This document shows, one piece after another, positions 8,920 through 19,237 of a stretch of 64,000 nucleotides of DNA (positions are counted from its first letter, which is position 1; the number at the start of each line of letters is the position of its first letter). The stretch spans positions 133,335 through 197,334 of the forward strand of contig JACRLI010000015.1 of NCBI GenBank assembly GCA_016235265.1. Direction: 5' to 3'. Source of the DNA: Candidatus Eiseniibacteriota bacterium. GTDB lineage: Bacteria > Eisenbacteria > RBG-16-71-46 > JACRLI01. The position numbers and the translations under genes were made by a program. The notes beneath the pieces were generated by a model. The model was not told the origin of the DNA, did not search any database, and saw only the letters and a list, made by a program, of their open reading frames with translations.

Positions 8920-10227
8920 CTAGGCCACCGCGGCGCGCAGGTGCGCCAGGGTGCCGTGAAACGGTTCCAGTTCGCCGGGGGCCTGCTGCAGGAACTGCTG
9001 CAGGCGCGGCCGCCGCTCCAGCGCGGCGTCGATGTCGGCGTTGCTGCCCCGGGCGTAGGCGCCGATCTGCACCAGGTCCTCCGCCTCGCGGTAGGTGGCC
9101 AGGTGCCGGCGGCCCTCCTGCGCCCACTTGCGGTGCTCCGGGTCCGCCACGTCGTGCATCACGCGGCTGACACTCTCCAGCACGTCGATGGCCGGGTAGT
9201 GCCCCGCGGACGCCAGGCGCCGCGAGAGCACCACGTGGCCGTCCAGCACCGAGCGCGCGGAGTCGGCGATGGGGTCGTTCATGTCGTCCTGTTCCACCAG
9301 CACCGTGTAGATGCCGGTCACCGAGCCGTCCGCGCCGCAACCCGAGCGCTCCAGGAGCTGCGGCATCAGTGCGAATACGCTCGGGGTGTAGCCGCGGGCC
9401 GTGGGCGGCTCGCCGGTGGCCAGGCCCACCTCGCGCTGCGCCATCGCCACGCGGGTGAGCGAGTCCATCAGCAGCAGCACCTGCGCGCCGCGGTCGCGGA
9501 AATACTCGGCGATGGTGGCGGCCAGCAGCGCGCCCTTCACCCGCACCAGGGCGGGCTGGTCGCTGGTCACCGTCACCACCACGGAGCGCTTCAGCCCCTC
9601 GGGGCCCAGGTCGCGCTCCAGGAAGTCGCGCACTTCGCGGCCGCGCTCGCCGATCAGCGCGATCACCGTGACCTCGGCCTCGGTGCCGCGCGCCATCATC
9701 CCCAGCAGCATGCTCTTGCCCACGCCCGAGCCCGAGAAGATGCCCATGCGCTGCCCGCGTCCCAGGGTCAGGAATCCGTCCACCGCGCGCACCCCGGACG
9801 CCAGCGGGCGCAGCACGCGGGCGCGTTTCAGCGGGTGCGGCGGCGCGGCATGCAGCGGGCGCATCTCGCCCGGAGGCAGGGGGCCCCCGTCGTCCATGGG
9901 AACGCCCATTCCGTCCAGGACCCGTCCCAGCATCCCCGGGCCCACCGGCGCCGACAGCGGCTGGCGCGTGCGCACCACCTCACTGCCCGGGTGCACCCCG
10001 CGCAGGTCGCCCAGCGGCATCAACAGCGCGCGGTCGCCCCGGAAGCCCACCACCTCGGCGCGCGCGGGCGGCTCGGTGCGGGAGGTGCAGATCTCGCACA
10101 GCTCGCCCACCGAGGCGGACAGCCCGGTGGCTTCCACCACCAGGCCCACCACCTGCGCCACCCGGCCGGTCACCCGGATGGAGTCGAAGCGGTTCACCCG
10201 CTCCAGCCTCGGTTCAAGCGTCGGCAT
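8920..10227 (-). CDS. fliI: Flagellum-specific ATP synthase FliI
   Basis: 435 aa; Walker A GSGVGKS, Walker B LLLMDSLTR, F1/T3SS-ATPase family. Confidence 0.95.
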   Translation of the reverse strand: MPTLEPRLERVNRFDSIRVTGRVAQVVGLVVEATGLSASVGELCEICTSRTEPPARAEVVGFRGDRALLMPLGDLRGVHPGSEVVRTRQPLSAPVGPGMLGRVLDGMGVPMDDGGPLPPGEMRPLHAAPPHPLKRARVLRPLASGVRAVDGFLTLGRGQRMGIFSGSGVGKSMLLGMMARGTEAEVTVIALIGERGREVRDFLERDLGPEGLKRSVVVTVTSDQPALVRVKGALLAATIAEYFRDRGAQVLLLMDSLTRVAMAQREVGLATGEPPTARGYTPSVFALMPQLLERSGCGADGSVTGIYTVLVEQDDMNDPIADSARSVLDGHVVLSRRLASAGHYPAIDVLESVSRVMHDVADPEHRKWAQEGRRHLATYREAEDLVQIGAYARGSNADIDAALERRPRLQQFLQQAPGELEPFHGTLAHLRAAVA

Positions 10228-10870
10228 CGGTCCCGGGCCTCTCTCCCAGCAGCATCCGTTCGATCTCCACCAGTTGCGTGGTCCACCGCGCGTCCACCGC
10301 CCCGTGCAGCGTGGTCACCAGCGCGCCGCCGCGCGCCACGCGGCGGTCCTCGATCACCTCGAAGTGCTCCACGCCCTCCACGATCCGCAGCCACGCCTCG
10401 CGCCGGGAGCGGACCGCTTCCAGGTCCTCCGGGTTCACGCGCAGCGTGATGCGGTCGCGCGCGGTGACCCGCTTGAGCGCCTCGGTGGTCATGCGCTCGG
10501 CCATGGTGCGGTCCTCCTCCGACAGCCGGCCCACGACCCTTCCCGCCACCGCCAGGGCCAGGCGCACCGCGTCGGTCTCCAGCTCGGATGTCATGCGCTC
10601 GCGGTGCTCCCACACCTCGCGGACCACCAGATCCAGCGTGGTGCGCAGTCCCTCGACCTCGGCCTCGCCCTGCGCGCGGCCCTCCACCACACCGTCCTCG
10701 AAGCCCCTGCGGTAGGCCGCCTCGCCCTGCGCCTCCGCCGACGGCTGGATGCGGACGTGCCGGGCGGGCTGGGGATAGGGCGCGAACACGGCCACCGGGG
10801 CGTCCTGCCCCGGGCCTTCCGCCGGCTCCGTGCGCACCGCGCCGCGGATGACGCTAGACGACGACTTCAT
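10214..10870 (-). CDS. fliH: Flagellar assembly protein FliH
   Basis: 218 aa; FliH/YscL-type C-terminal domain; overlaps fliI by 14 nt and fliG by 17 nt. Confidence 0.8.
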   Translation of the reverse strand: MKSSSSVIRGAVRTEPAEGPGQDAPVAVFAPYPQPARHVRIQPSAEAQGEAAYRRGFEDGVVEGRAQGEAEVEGLRTTLDLVVREVWEHRERMTSELETDAVRLALAVAGRVVGRLSEEDRTMAERMTTEALKRVTARDRITLRVNPEDLEAVRSRREAWLRIVEGVEHFEVIEDRRVARGGALVTTLHGAVDARWTTQLVEIERMLLGERPGTDADA

Positions 10871-11888
10871 CCTGCTTGCCTCCGCGCCCGGCGATCACGA
10901 TCTCGCCCTGCTCCTCGAGGGCGCGCACGGCGTCGATGACGTGCCGCTGGGCCTCCTCGAAGGTCTTGAGCTTCACCGGGCCCATCCTGTCGCGCTCCTC
11001 CTTGAGGATCTCCACCGCGCGCTCGGACATGTTGCGGAAGATCAGGTTCTTCAGCTCCTCGCTGGCGGCCTTGAGGGCCAGCGCCAGCTCCTTGGTGTCC
11101 ACTTCCTTGAGCAGCCGCTGGATGCCGCGGTCGTCGATGCGGCCGATGTCCTCGAACAGGAACATGAGGTTCTTCACCTGCTGCGACACCGCCGGGTTCT
11201 CCCGATCCAGGGTGGAGAGGATGTTGCGCTCCACGCCGCGGTCCAGCCGCTTCAGCAGGTCGGCCACCACCTGCACGCCCCCCACCTCGCTGGCCGACTG
11301 GCTCTCCACCGAGACCAGGTTCTGGCTCAGCACGCTCTCGATCTCGCTGATGGTGTCGGAGCTGATGTGGTCCATGGTCGCCAGGCGCGCCACGATTTCC
11401 GGCTGCGTCTCGGGCGGCAGCATGCTCAGCACCTCCGCCGCCTGCGGCACCCGCAGGTGCGCCAGGATCAGCGCGATGGTCTGCGGGTGCTCGTTGCGGA
11501 TGAAGTTCACCAGGTGCGCGGTCTCGAAGTTGCGCAGCATCTCGAAGCCGGTGGTTTCCACCGAGCCCTGCACCCGGTTCACGATCTCGCGCGCGCGGTC
11601 CCCGCCGAGGGCGCGCTCCAGCACCTGCTGGGCGTACGGGAGGCCGCCCTCCACGAAGTTCTCGCGGGTCATGGCCTCCTTGCCCACCTGCTCGAAGATC
11701 TGGTGCCGCAGCTCGCTGGGCACGTCGCCCAGCCGCGCGATCTCCAGCGTGAGCGACTCGATGTCCGCGGGCGGCATCTCCTTGAGCACCCGGGCGGAGT
11801 CCTCGGGTCCCAGGCTCACCATCAGCACGGCGGCGCGCTGCGCCCCGGTGAGCTGGGAGATCGAGGTGGTCTTCAGTTGCGGCTTCAA
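10854..11888 (-). CDS. fliG: Flagellar motor switch protein FliG
   Basis: 344 aa; FliG N/M/C domains with the conserved charged torque helix; ATGA overlap with fliF. Confidence 0.93.
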   Translation of the reverse strand: MKPQLKTTSISQLTGAQRAAVLMVSLGPEDSARVLKEMPPADIESLTLEIARLGDVPSELRHQIFEQVGKEAMTRENFVEGGLPYAQQVLERALGGDRAREIVNRVQGSVETTGFEMLRNFETAHLVNFIRNEHPQTIALILAHLRVPQAAEVLSMLPPETQPEIVARLATMDHISSDTISEIESVLSQNLVSVESQSASEVGGVQVVADLLKRLDRGVERNILSTLDRENPAVSQQVKNLMFLFEDIGRIDDRGIQRLLKEVDTKELALALKAASEELKNLIFRNMSERAVEILKEERDRMGPVKLKTFEEAQRHVIDAVRALEEQGEIVIAGRGGKQDEVVV

Positions 11889-13345
11889 TTCGGGTTCTCC
11901 TCGCGCATCCAGGCCCGGACCAGGGTGGCGACCTCCTGCGGCCGCTCACGGGCGAGCCGCGCCATGCGCTCCTCCATCCGCCGCCGCTGGATCTGCACCG
12001 GGTCCTGCTGGCCGTGGAGCTCCTCCTCCGGGGGCGGCGCCTGCGTCAGGCTGCCGAGGCCCTTCATGGCGGAGCGCAGGAAGAGCAGCAGCAGCAGGCC
12101 CACCACCACGTAGCCCACCTTGCCGCCGACCTTGCTCACCACGCCGAAGGTCTGGGCCTTCTTCATGTCCTTGGCCACCGCGTCCATCACCGAGGTGTCG
12201 AACGCCACGTTGGCCACTTCCAGCTCGTCCCCGCGCTTGGCGTCGATGCCCACGGCGTTGCGCACGATGTTGCGGATCTTGGTCAGCTCCTCCGGGCTGC
12301 GCGGCTGGTACTTGCGCGCGCCCTTGGCGTCCACCTGGTAGGCGCCGTCCACCATCACCGCCACCGACAGCTTGCGGATGCCGCCCGAAGCGCTGGCGAT
12401 GTGCTCCACGCTCTTGGACACCTCGTAGTTGACCACCGAGCTGGTGCTGCGCTCCCCGCCCCCCTGGCCCTGGGTGTCGTTCTTCTCCTCGCTGCGCACC
12501 ACCTGGTTGTCCGGGTCGTACTTCTCCACGGTGCGCTCGATCTTGTCGAAGTCCAGCTGCGCGCTGACCTGCACCACCGCGCGGTTGCTGCCCAGCACCT
12601 CCTCGAGCATGCCCTGCACCTTGTGGGACAGGTAGTTCTCCACGTTCTGCTGCAGTTCCAGCTGGTCGTTCGACAGCCCCGCGATGGAGTTGGCGGAGTG
12701 ACCCTTGGAGAGGACGTTGCCGTTGGTGTCGATCACCGTCACGTCCTCGGGCTTGAGCCCCTCCACGCCGCTGGCCACCAGCCGGGTGATGCCGTGGACC
12801 TGGCCCTGGTTCAGGCGGCCGCGGAGCTTGAGCACCACCGAGGCGGTCGGCACCGCGCGCTCCTCGGTGTAGAGGTGCGGCTCGGGCAGCACCAGGTGGA
12901 CGCGGGCCTGCTCCACCTCCTCGATGCCCTGGATGGTGCGCGTGAGCTCGCCCTCCAGGGCGCGCTGGTAGTTGAGCTTCTGCACGAAGTCGGTCATCCC
13001 GAAGTTGTTCTTGTCGAACACCTCGTAGCCCACCCCACCGGACTGCGGCAGCCCCGCGGTGGCCAGGTCGAGGCGCGTCTCGTAAACCTGCGCGGCCGGC
13101 ACCAGCACCGTGGCGCCGCCGTCCCGCAGCTGGAAGGGCACCTTCTTGGTGCGGAGCTTCTCCACGATCCTGCCGCCGTCCTCGGACTTCAGACCGGTGT
13201 AGAGCACCTGGTAGTCGGGGCGGCCGGCCCACGTGGCCACCAGCGCGCCGAGGGCCACCACGGCCAGCAGCGAAAGGACCACCGCCATGCGCTGGTTCGC
13301 GGACAACCGTTTCCAGGTCCCGAGGAGTCGATCCATTCCAGTCAC
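11885..13345 (-). CDS. fliF: Flagellar MS-ring protein FliF
   Basis: 486 aa; N-terminal TM, YscJ/FliF ring-building motifs, C-terminal TM plus FliG-binding tail. Confidence 0.9.
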   Translation of the reverse strand: MTGMDRLLGTWKRLSANQRMAVVLSLLAVVALGALVATWAGRPDYQVLYTGLKSEDGGRIVEKLRTKKVPFQLRDGGATVLVPAAQVYETRLDLATAGLPQSGGVGYEVFDKNNFGMTDFVQKLNYQRALEGELTRTIQGIEEVEQARVHLVLPEPHLYTEERAVPTASVVLKLRGRLNQGQVHGITRLVASGVEGLKPEDVTVIDTNGNVLSKGHSANSIAGLSNDQLELQQNVENYLSHKVQGMLEEVLGSNRAVVQVSAQLDFDKIERTVEKYDPDNQVVRSEEKNDTQGQGGGERSTSSVVNYEVSKSVEHIASASGGIRKLSVAVMVDGAYQVDAKGARKYQPRSPEELTKIRNIVRNAVGIDAKRGDELEVANVAFDTSVMDAVAKDMKKAQTFGVVSKVGGKVGYVVVGLLLLLFLRSAMKGLGSLTQAPPPEEELHGQQDPVQIQRRRMEERMARLARERPQEVATLVRAWMREENPN

Positions 13346-13421
13346 CCTTCATCGTTGTTCGGTCCGACGTCCATGTCCGTCCGGGGACTGTCCCCGGGCC
13401 CGGCCCGCTCCGCGGGCCTTC

Positions 13422-13736
13422 CTACAGCGGCATCCGCATCACTTCCTGGTACGCCGACACCAGTTTGTCGCGCATCTGCAGCACCAGGTCGAAGGCGATC
13501 TGGGCCTCCTGCTGCGCCAGCACCACGCGGTGCAGGTCCACCGGCCGGCCCTCCACCAGGGCCTGGTTCATCGCGTCCGAGCGCTGCGAGAGCGCGTTGG
13601 CCGTGTCCACGGCCTGGGTCAGCAGCTGCTGGAACGGCACCTGCGCCGGACCGGCGCCGGCGGCGGGGGTGGCGGCGGGCGAGGTCCCCTCGAGGGGCCG
13701 CCCGACCTCGATCGGGTTCAGGCGAATGGTCTCCAT
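13422..13736 (-). CDS. fliE: Flagellar hook-basal body complex protein FliE
   Basis: 104 aa from ATG at 13736 (ATGA overlap with flgC stop); FliE family C-terminus (IAFDLVLQMRDKLVSAYQEVMRMPL). Confidence 0.88.
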   Translation of the reverse strand: METIRLNPIEVGRPLEGTSPAATPAAGAGPAQVPFQQLLTQAVDTANALSQRSDAMNQALVEGRPVDLHRVVLAQQEAQIAFDLVLQMRDKLVSAYQEVMRMPL

Positions 13737-14233
13737 CAGCGGCCGATCTCCAGCGTCTTGTTGGCCATGTCCCGCGCCACCGTCAGCGCGGTCACGTTGG
13801 CCTCGTAGGCCCGCGAAGCGGCCATGAGGTCCATCATCTCGGTCACCGGGTTCACGTTCGGCATCCGCACGTAGCCCTTCTCGTCGGCGTCCGGGTGGCC
13901 CGGGTCGTACACCATGGGCAGTTCCGAGGGGTCGTCCTGCACCTCGCCCACCTCCACCCCGGCGGGCAGCACCTGGTAGCGCTCGGCGGCCACCTGGCCC
14001 GGGCCGGTCTTCATGCCGGCGGCCGGGGACGCGGGGCCTTCGGGCACCAGGATGCGCGGGCCGTCGAGCGCGGCGCGGAAGTCGGCCACCTGGCGGCGGT
14101 ACGGCCCGCCCTGGGGCGTCCTGGTCACGCTGGCGTTGGCGATGTTGTTGGCGATCACGTTCAGCCGGAGCCGCTGCGCGGCGAGCCCCGACGCGCTGAT
14201 CTCGAGACTGTTGAAGATGCCCATGTCCGGCAT
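13736..14233 (-). CDS. flgC: Flagellar basal-body rod protein FlgC
   Basis: 165 aa; N-terminal FNSLEISASGLAAQRLRLNVIANNIANASVTRTP and C-terminal rod-family motif. Confidence 0.92.
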   Translation of the reverse strand: MPDMGIFNSLEISASGLAAQRLRLNVIANNIANASVTRTPQGGPYRRQVADFRAALDGPRILVPEGPASPAAGMKTGPGQVAAERYQVLPAGVEVGEVQDDPSELPMVYDPGHPDADEKGYVRMPNVNPVTEMMDLMAASRAYEANVTALTVARDMANKTLEIGR

Positions 14234-14315
14234 GGTGCTTCCTCCGGGACGGGACCGCGCGGCGCGGCTCCCAGGATGCGCGCGCCCCGCAGCGGGGCGC
14301 GCTCACGAAACCTGC

Positions 14316-14726
14316 CTACCGGTCGACGATGGCCTGTCGGATCATCTTGTACTTCGCGGAGACCAGCTGGGCGATCGCGCCGTGGCGCAGCACGGTCTTC
14401 TGCAGCTCCACCATTTCGCGCTCGATGTCCACGTTGTTCACGCCGCTGCGCAAATCCGGGGAGGTGTCCACCTCCACCCGCGGCGACACGTGCCGCGCCC
14501 CGCGCGAGGCTTCCAGGTGCGCCGGGCCGTCCCCGGCCAGCTGCAGACGGTGCGGCTGCCGGGTGCGATCCTGGAGCAGCTCCTCGAACGCCACGTGCTT
14601 CGCCTGGTAGCCGGGAGTGCCCACGTTGGCGATGTTGTCCGCGGTCACCTTCTGGCGCAGCGCGGCCGCGTCGAGGCCCTGCCGCAGTCCCGGGATGCTT
14701 TCTCCGAAGAGGATCTTGTCCAGCAC
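14316..14726 (-). CDS. flgB: Flagellar basal-body rod protein FlgB
   Basis: Start re-assigned to GTG at 14726 (GGAGG 5 nt upstream). This gives MLDKILFGESIPGLRQGLDAAALRQKVTADNIANVGTPGYQAK, a classical FlgB N-terminus (compare E. coli MLDRL...). The ORF-track start at 14765 lies upstream of the sigma54 promoter core. Confidence 0.85.
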   Translation of the reverse strand: MLDKILFGESIPGLRQGLDAAALRQKVTADNIANVGTPGYQAKHVAFEELLQDRTRQPHRLQLAGDGPAHLEASRGARHVSPRVEVDTSPDLRSGVNNVDIEREMVELQKTVLRHGAIAQLVSAKYKMIRQAIVDR

Positions 14727-14756
14727 GTTCGCCTCCAGTCCGTGGAGGGGCAAAAC

Positions 14757-14771
14757 GCAATCCACGTGCCA
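14757..14771 (-). promoter_or_regulatory. Sigma54 (RpoN) -24/-12 promoter for the flgB...fliN operon
   Basis: Minus strand reads TGGCAC-GTGGA-TTGC (exact consensus TGGCAC-N5-TTGC); predicted TSS about 14745, 19 nt upstream of the flgB GTG. Confidence 0.75.
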
Positions 14772-14819
14772 CCCGGAGGGGCTCCGGGCATTTCCGACAA
14801 GATCAAGCAGGAAGGTGGG

Positions 14820-16231
<1,412 letters not shown>

Positions 16232-16235
<4 letters not shown>

Positions 16236-17380
16236 GCGTCCTCCGGAGGCAGGGACGGCAGGGTCAGGGTGAAGCAGGCCCCGTGCGGCTTCCGGTCCCG
16301 GTACGCGAGGGCGCCGCCGTGCGACTGCGCGGCCTTGGCGGCCAGCGCCAGGCCCAACCCGGTGCCGCGCGCCTTGCCGGTGATGAACGGTTCGAACATC
16401 CGGTCGCGCACGGCGGGATCCACGCCGGGGCCGGAGTCGGAAATCGTGAGCCGGTGCGCCTCGCCCGGGATCAGGGCCACCCGCACCCGGCCGCCCCGGG
16501 GCGAGGCTTCCACCGCGTTGCGAGCCACGTTGACCACGGCCGCCTGCAGGCGCGTCGCGTCCCCGCGGGTGAATGCGGCCCCCGGTCGCTTCCACACCAG
16601 GGCCACGCCGCGCTCGCGCGCCAGCGAACCGGTCTGCACCAGCGCGGATTCCACCACCGCGCGCAGGTCCACGGGGTCCTTGCGCGGCTCGAAGGGCCGC
16701 GTGAATTCCAGGAATTCGGAGACCAGGTCCTCCAGGGCGTGGATGCCGCAGCGGATCTTCTCCGCGTAGGCCCGGCGGGGGTCGGCCGGTTCCAGCCCGC
16801 GCTCCAGCAGGTCCAGGAAGCCGGACATGCCGCCCAGGGGGTTGCGAATCTCGTGTGCCGCCACCGCGGCCACCCGTCCCAGCGCCGCCAGCGAGCGGGC
16901 GCCCTCCAGCTCCTTGCGCAGCCGCACGTCCTCGGTGCGGTCGGTCAGGATCTCGACGGCCCCCAGCGGCTCGCCGCGCACGCCGCGCACCCAGGACACC
17001 TCGGAGTCGAGGTGACCGGAATCCGGTCCCAGGTCCAGCGCCTCGCTTCGGGGTCCGCCGGCGCGCAGGCGGTCCGCGGGCGAGGGGTGGCCGGGCCACA
17101 ACTCGGCGTACGCGTGCCCCCGCGCGGCCTCGCGGCCCACACCCAGCATGCGCTCCGCGGCGTGGTTCATGCTGCGCACGCGCCCGGAGGAGTCGCTCCA
17201 CACCAGGCCCAGCGGCAGGGACTCCATCACCCGGCCGACCCACAGGTGGAAGCCCTCGGACTCCTCGCGCACGCGACGCAACCGGTCGCGCAGCACGTAC
17301 AGTTCGGCCTCGTCCTGGGCAAGGCGCAGTTCCAGCTCCGCCTGCCCGGTCCAGTCGGTCCCCGGGTGCAGCACGGTCAT
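16232..17380 (-). CDS. PAS-domain sensor histidine kinase (HisKA plus HATPase_c)
   Basis: 382 aa from ATG at 17380 (ATGA overlap with upstream gene). H-box AAVAAHEIRNPLGGMSGFLDLL; G1/G2 boxes DSGPGVDPAVRDRMFEPFITGKARGTGLGLALA; cytoplasmic, no TM. Confidence 0.88.
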
Positions 17381-18504
17381 CGGGAGGTCATCCGCGCGGC
17401 CGAGCCCGCGCGAGCGCGGGCCTGGGCCGTCCAGTAGTCGTCCGGGTGGTGCGTCTCCAGCTCCTGCAGGCGGGCGGCGGCGGCCTGCGCCCGGCCCAGC
17501 CGCGTCTCGAGCTTGGCGCACTGGTGCAAGGACCAGGGTCGCTCGGGGGCCGCGGGATACGCGGCCATGGCCTCGACGTAGGCCGCGAGCGCGTCCTCCG
17601 GTCCGGCCAGGCGGTACTGGGCGTCGGCCCACTGGAAGTACGCGGTCCGCCGCGCGTCATCCTTCGATTCCGGGTCCGGAGTGATCTGCGTGGCGCGCCG
17701 GTACCAGCGCGCCGCCTCGTCGGTGCGCCCGGTGCGATCCAGCACCCGGCCCAGCAGCAGGTCCAGCGACACCGACTCGGCGCCCAGCTGCAGCGCCCGG
17801 CGGGCGTGACCTTCCACCCCATCCGGGGCGGCATGCAGCGCCCATTCCAGGAGGGCCAGCCGCGCGTACAGCGCCGCGGCCGAGTCCGCCGACAGGAACC
17901 TGGCGCAGCTGTCGAGCGCGGCGGCGGCCGCGACGGCGTCACCGCGCGCCAGGGCGGTGCGCACCGGTGCATCCGGGGCCCGGGAGGTGACCGTGCGGGT
18001 GTCGTGCGCGCGCCGGCCGGCGACCCCCGACTTCGGGGGCGGCGCGGGCGCGCGGATCGCGGCGGGGCCTGCGGAGCGACCGCGGGCGGTCGCGGGCGCG
18101 GCGCCGGACCGCGGGCCCGCGACGGATGAAGCCGGAGTTGCGGGCGCCGGCGCGGGCCCGCCGGCCAGCAGCAGCACGCCGGCCGAGTCCCTCCAGCTCA
18201 CCCAGTACGGCGCGCTCCGGGGCAGTTCCAGGATCAGGCGCGGGTGCGCGCCATCGAGGTCGCGCACCTGGGCCCGCCGCAGGCGATTCGCGCCCGGATC
18301 CGCCTCCACCTTCGCGTCGGCGGGAAAGTCCAGCACCACGCGTGGCGGGGAGCCCAGCTCCCAGACCTTCTGCGGACGCGGCCCGCGGAAGCGCAGCACC
18401 GCGTCCCCGCCGCCGGCCCGCGCCGACGGCGCCGGCCCGCACAGCGCCGCGGCGCACGCCAGCGCCAGCAGTGCGCGCCCCGCGCCCGGGGGCGGGTGGA
18501 TCAC
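17377..18504 (-). CDS. Secreted AMIN-like plus TPR-repeat protein
   Basis: 375 aa; signal peptide MIHPPPGAGRALLALACAAALCG; AMIN-like beta domain (RVVLDFPADAKVEADP...LILELP); C-terminal TPR/Sel1-like helical repeats; translationally coupled on both sides. Confidence 0.6.
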   Translation of the reverse strand: MIHPPPGAGRALLALACAAALCGPAPSARAGGGDAVLRFRGPRPQKVWELGSPPRVVLDFPADAKVEADPGANRLRRAQVRDLDGAHPRLILELPRSAPYWVSWRDSAGVLLLAGGPAPAPATPASSVAGPRSGAAPATARGRSAGPAAIRAPAPPPKSGVAGRRAHDTRTVTSRAPDAPVRTALARGDAVAAAAALDSCARFLSADSAAALYARLALLEWALHAAPDGVEGHARRALQLGAESVSLDLLLGRVLDRTGRTDEAARWYRRATQITPDPESKDDARRTAYFQWADAQYRLAGPEDALAAYVEAMAAYPAAPERPWSLHQCAKLETRLGRAQAAAARLQELETHHPDDYWTAQARARAGSAARMTSR

Positions 18505-18815
18505 GACTTCCTCGCGGCCCGGGCGGGCCGCGGCGGTTCGAGGCGCCGCTCGATCTCGCGCGCCAGCATGGCCACGGTGTCGCGCTGCAGGCTCTCCACC
18601 TCGCGCTCCGGCAGGCCCAGGGTGCGCGCGATCTCGCCGGCCGAGAGCTCCTCGTAGTAGTGCAGCGCCAGGACCAGCCGCCGCTTCTCGTCCAGCCGCG
18701 GCAGCGTGTCCACGATCAGGCGGCGCGCGGTGCTCTGCGCGTCCGGGGTGAGCGGCGGGTGGGCCGCGGGCGATCTCCCGGGCAGCCAGCCGAGCAGGGA
18801 TTCCACGGACAACAT
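18501..18815 (-). CDS. Sigma70 region-4-only protein (truncated sigma-factor-like HTH)
   Basis: 104 aa; LDEKRRLVLALHYYEELSAGEIARTLGLPEREVESLQRDTVAMLAREIER matches sigma70 region 4.2 (-35 binding HTH). No regions 2/3. ATGA-coupled to the AMIN/TPR gene. Confidence 0.55.
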   Translation of the reverse strand: MLSVESLLGWLPGRSPAAHPPLTPDAQSTARRLIVDTLPRLDEKRRLVLALHYYEELSAGEIARTLGLPEREVESLQRDTVAMLAREIERRLEPPRPARAARKS

Positions 18816-18825
18816 CGGGTCCCTC

Positions 18826-19221
18826 CTAGGTACCGGTCCGCCGCAGGCCGTCCAGGTACTTCTGGGCGCACTGCTGGACCTGTTCCGAACTGAACGGTTT
18901 CACCAGGTAGTCCTCCGCCCCGGCCTGAAGGCTCTGGTTGCGCACCGGCTCGTCCTGCTCGCTGGTCAGCACCAGCACCGGCACGCCGGCGAAGGCGGCG
19001 GAGCCCCTCACCGCGCGCAGCAGCGAGAGACCGTCCATGTTGGGCATGTTGAGGTCGGTGAAGATGAGCGCCGTCTCCGGGTTCCGGGCCAGCTGTTCGA
19101 GGGCGTCGTGACCGTCCATCGCCTCGATCACCCGGCAACCGATCAGGCGCAGGCTGAACGCGATGAACTTGCGCGTGGTCGGGGAATCATCGACGACGAG
19201 AACCAGCTGGGACATGACCAC
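18826..19221 (-). CDS. CheY-like single-domain response regulator
   Basis: 131 aa; LVLVVDDSPTTRK...DLNMPNMDGL...LVKPF receiver-domain residues. Confidence 0.85.
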   Translation of the reverse strand: MVMSQLVLVVDDSPTTRKFIAFSLRLIGCRVIEAMDGHDALEQLARNPETALIFTDLNMPNMDGLSLLRAVRGSAAFAGVPVLVLTSEQDEPVRNQSLQAGAEDYLVKPFSSEQVQQCAQKYLDGLRRTGT

Positions 19222-19237
19222 CTCTTGGGTGAATGTG

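Noticed and set aside
6032-9340. Treating the 1102-aa ORF as one giant FliK-like protein
   Set aside because: Only the last 629 codons (to the GTG at 7918) are FliK-like. The upstream part is the shadow frame over ylxF, fliJ and fliI, which are separately and clearly encoded.
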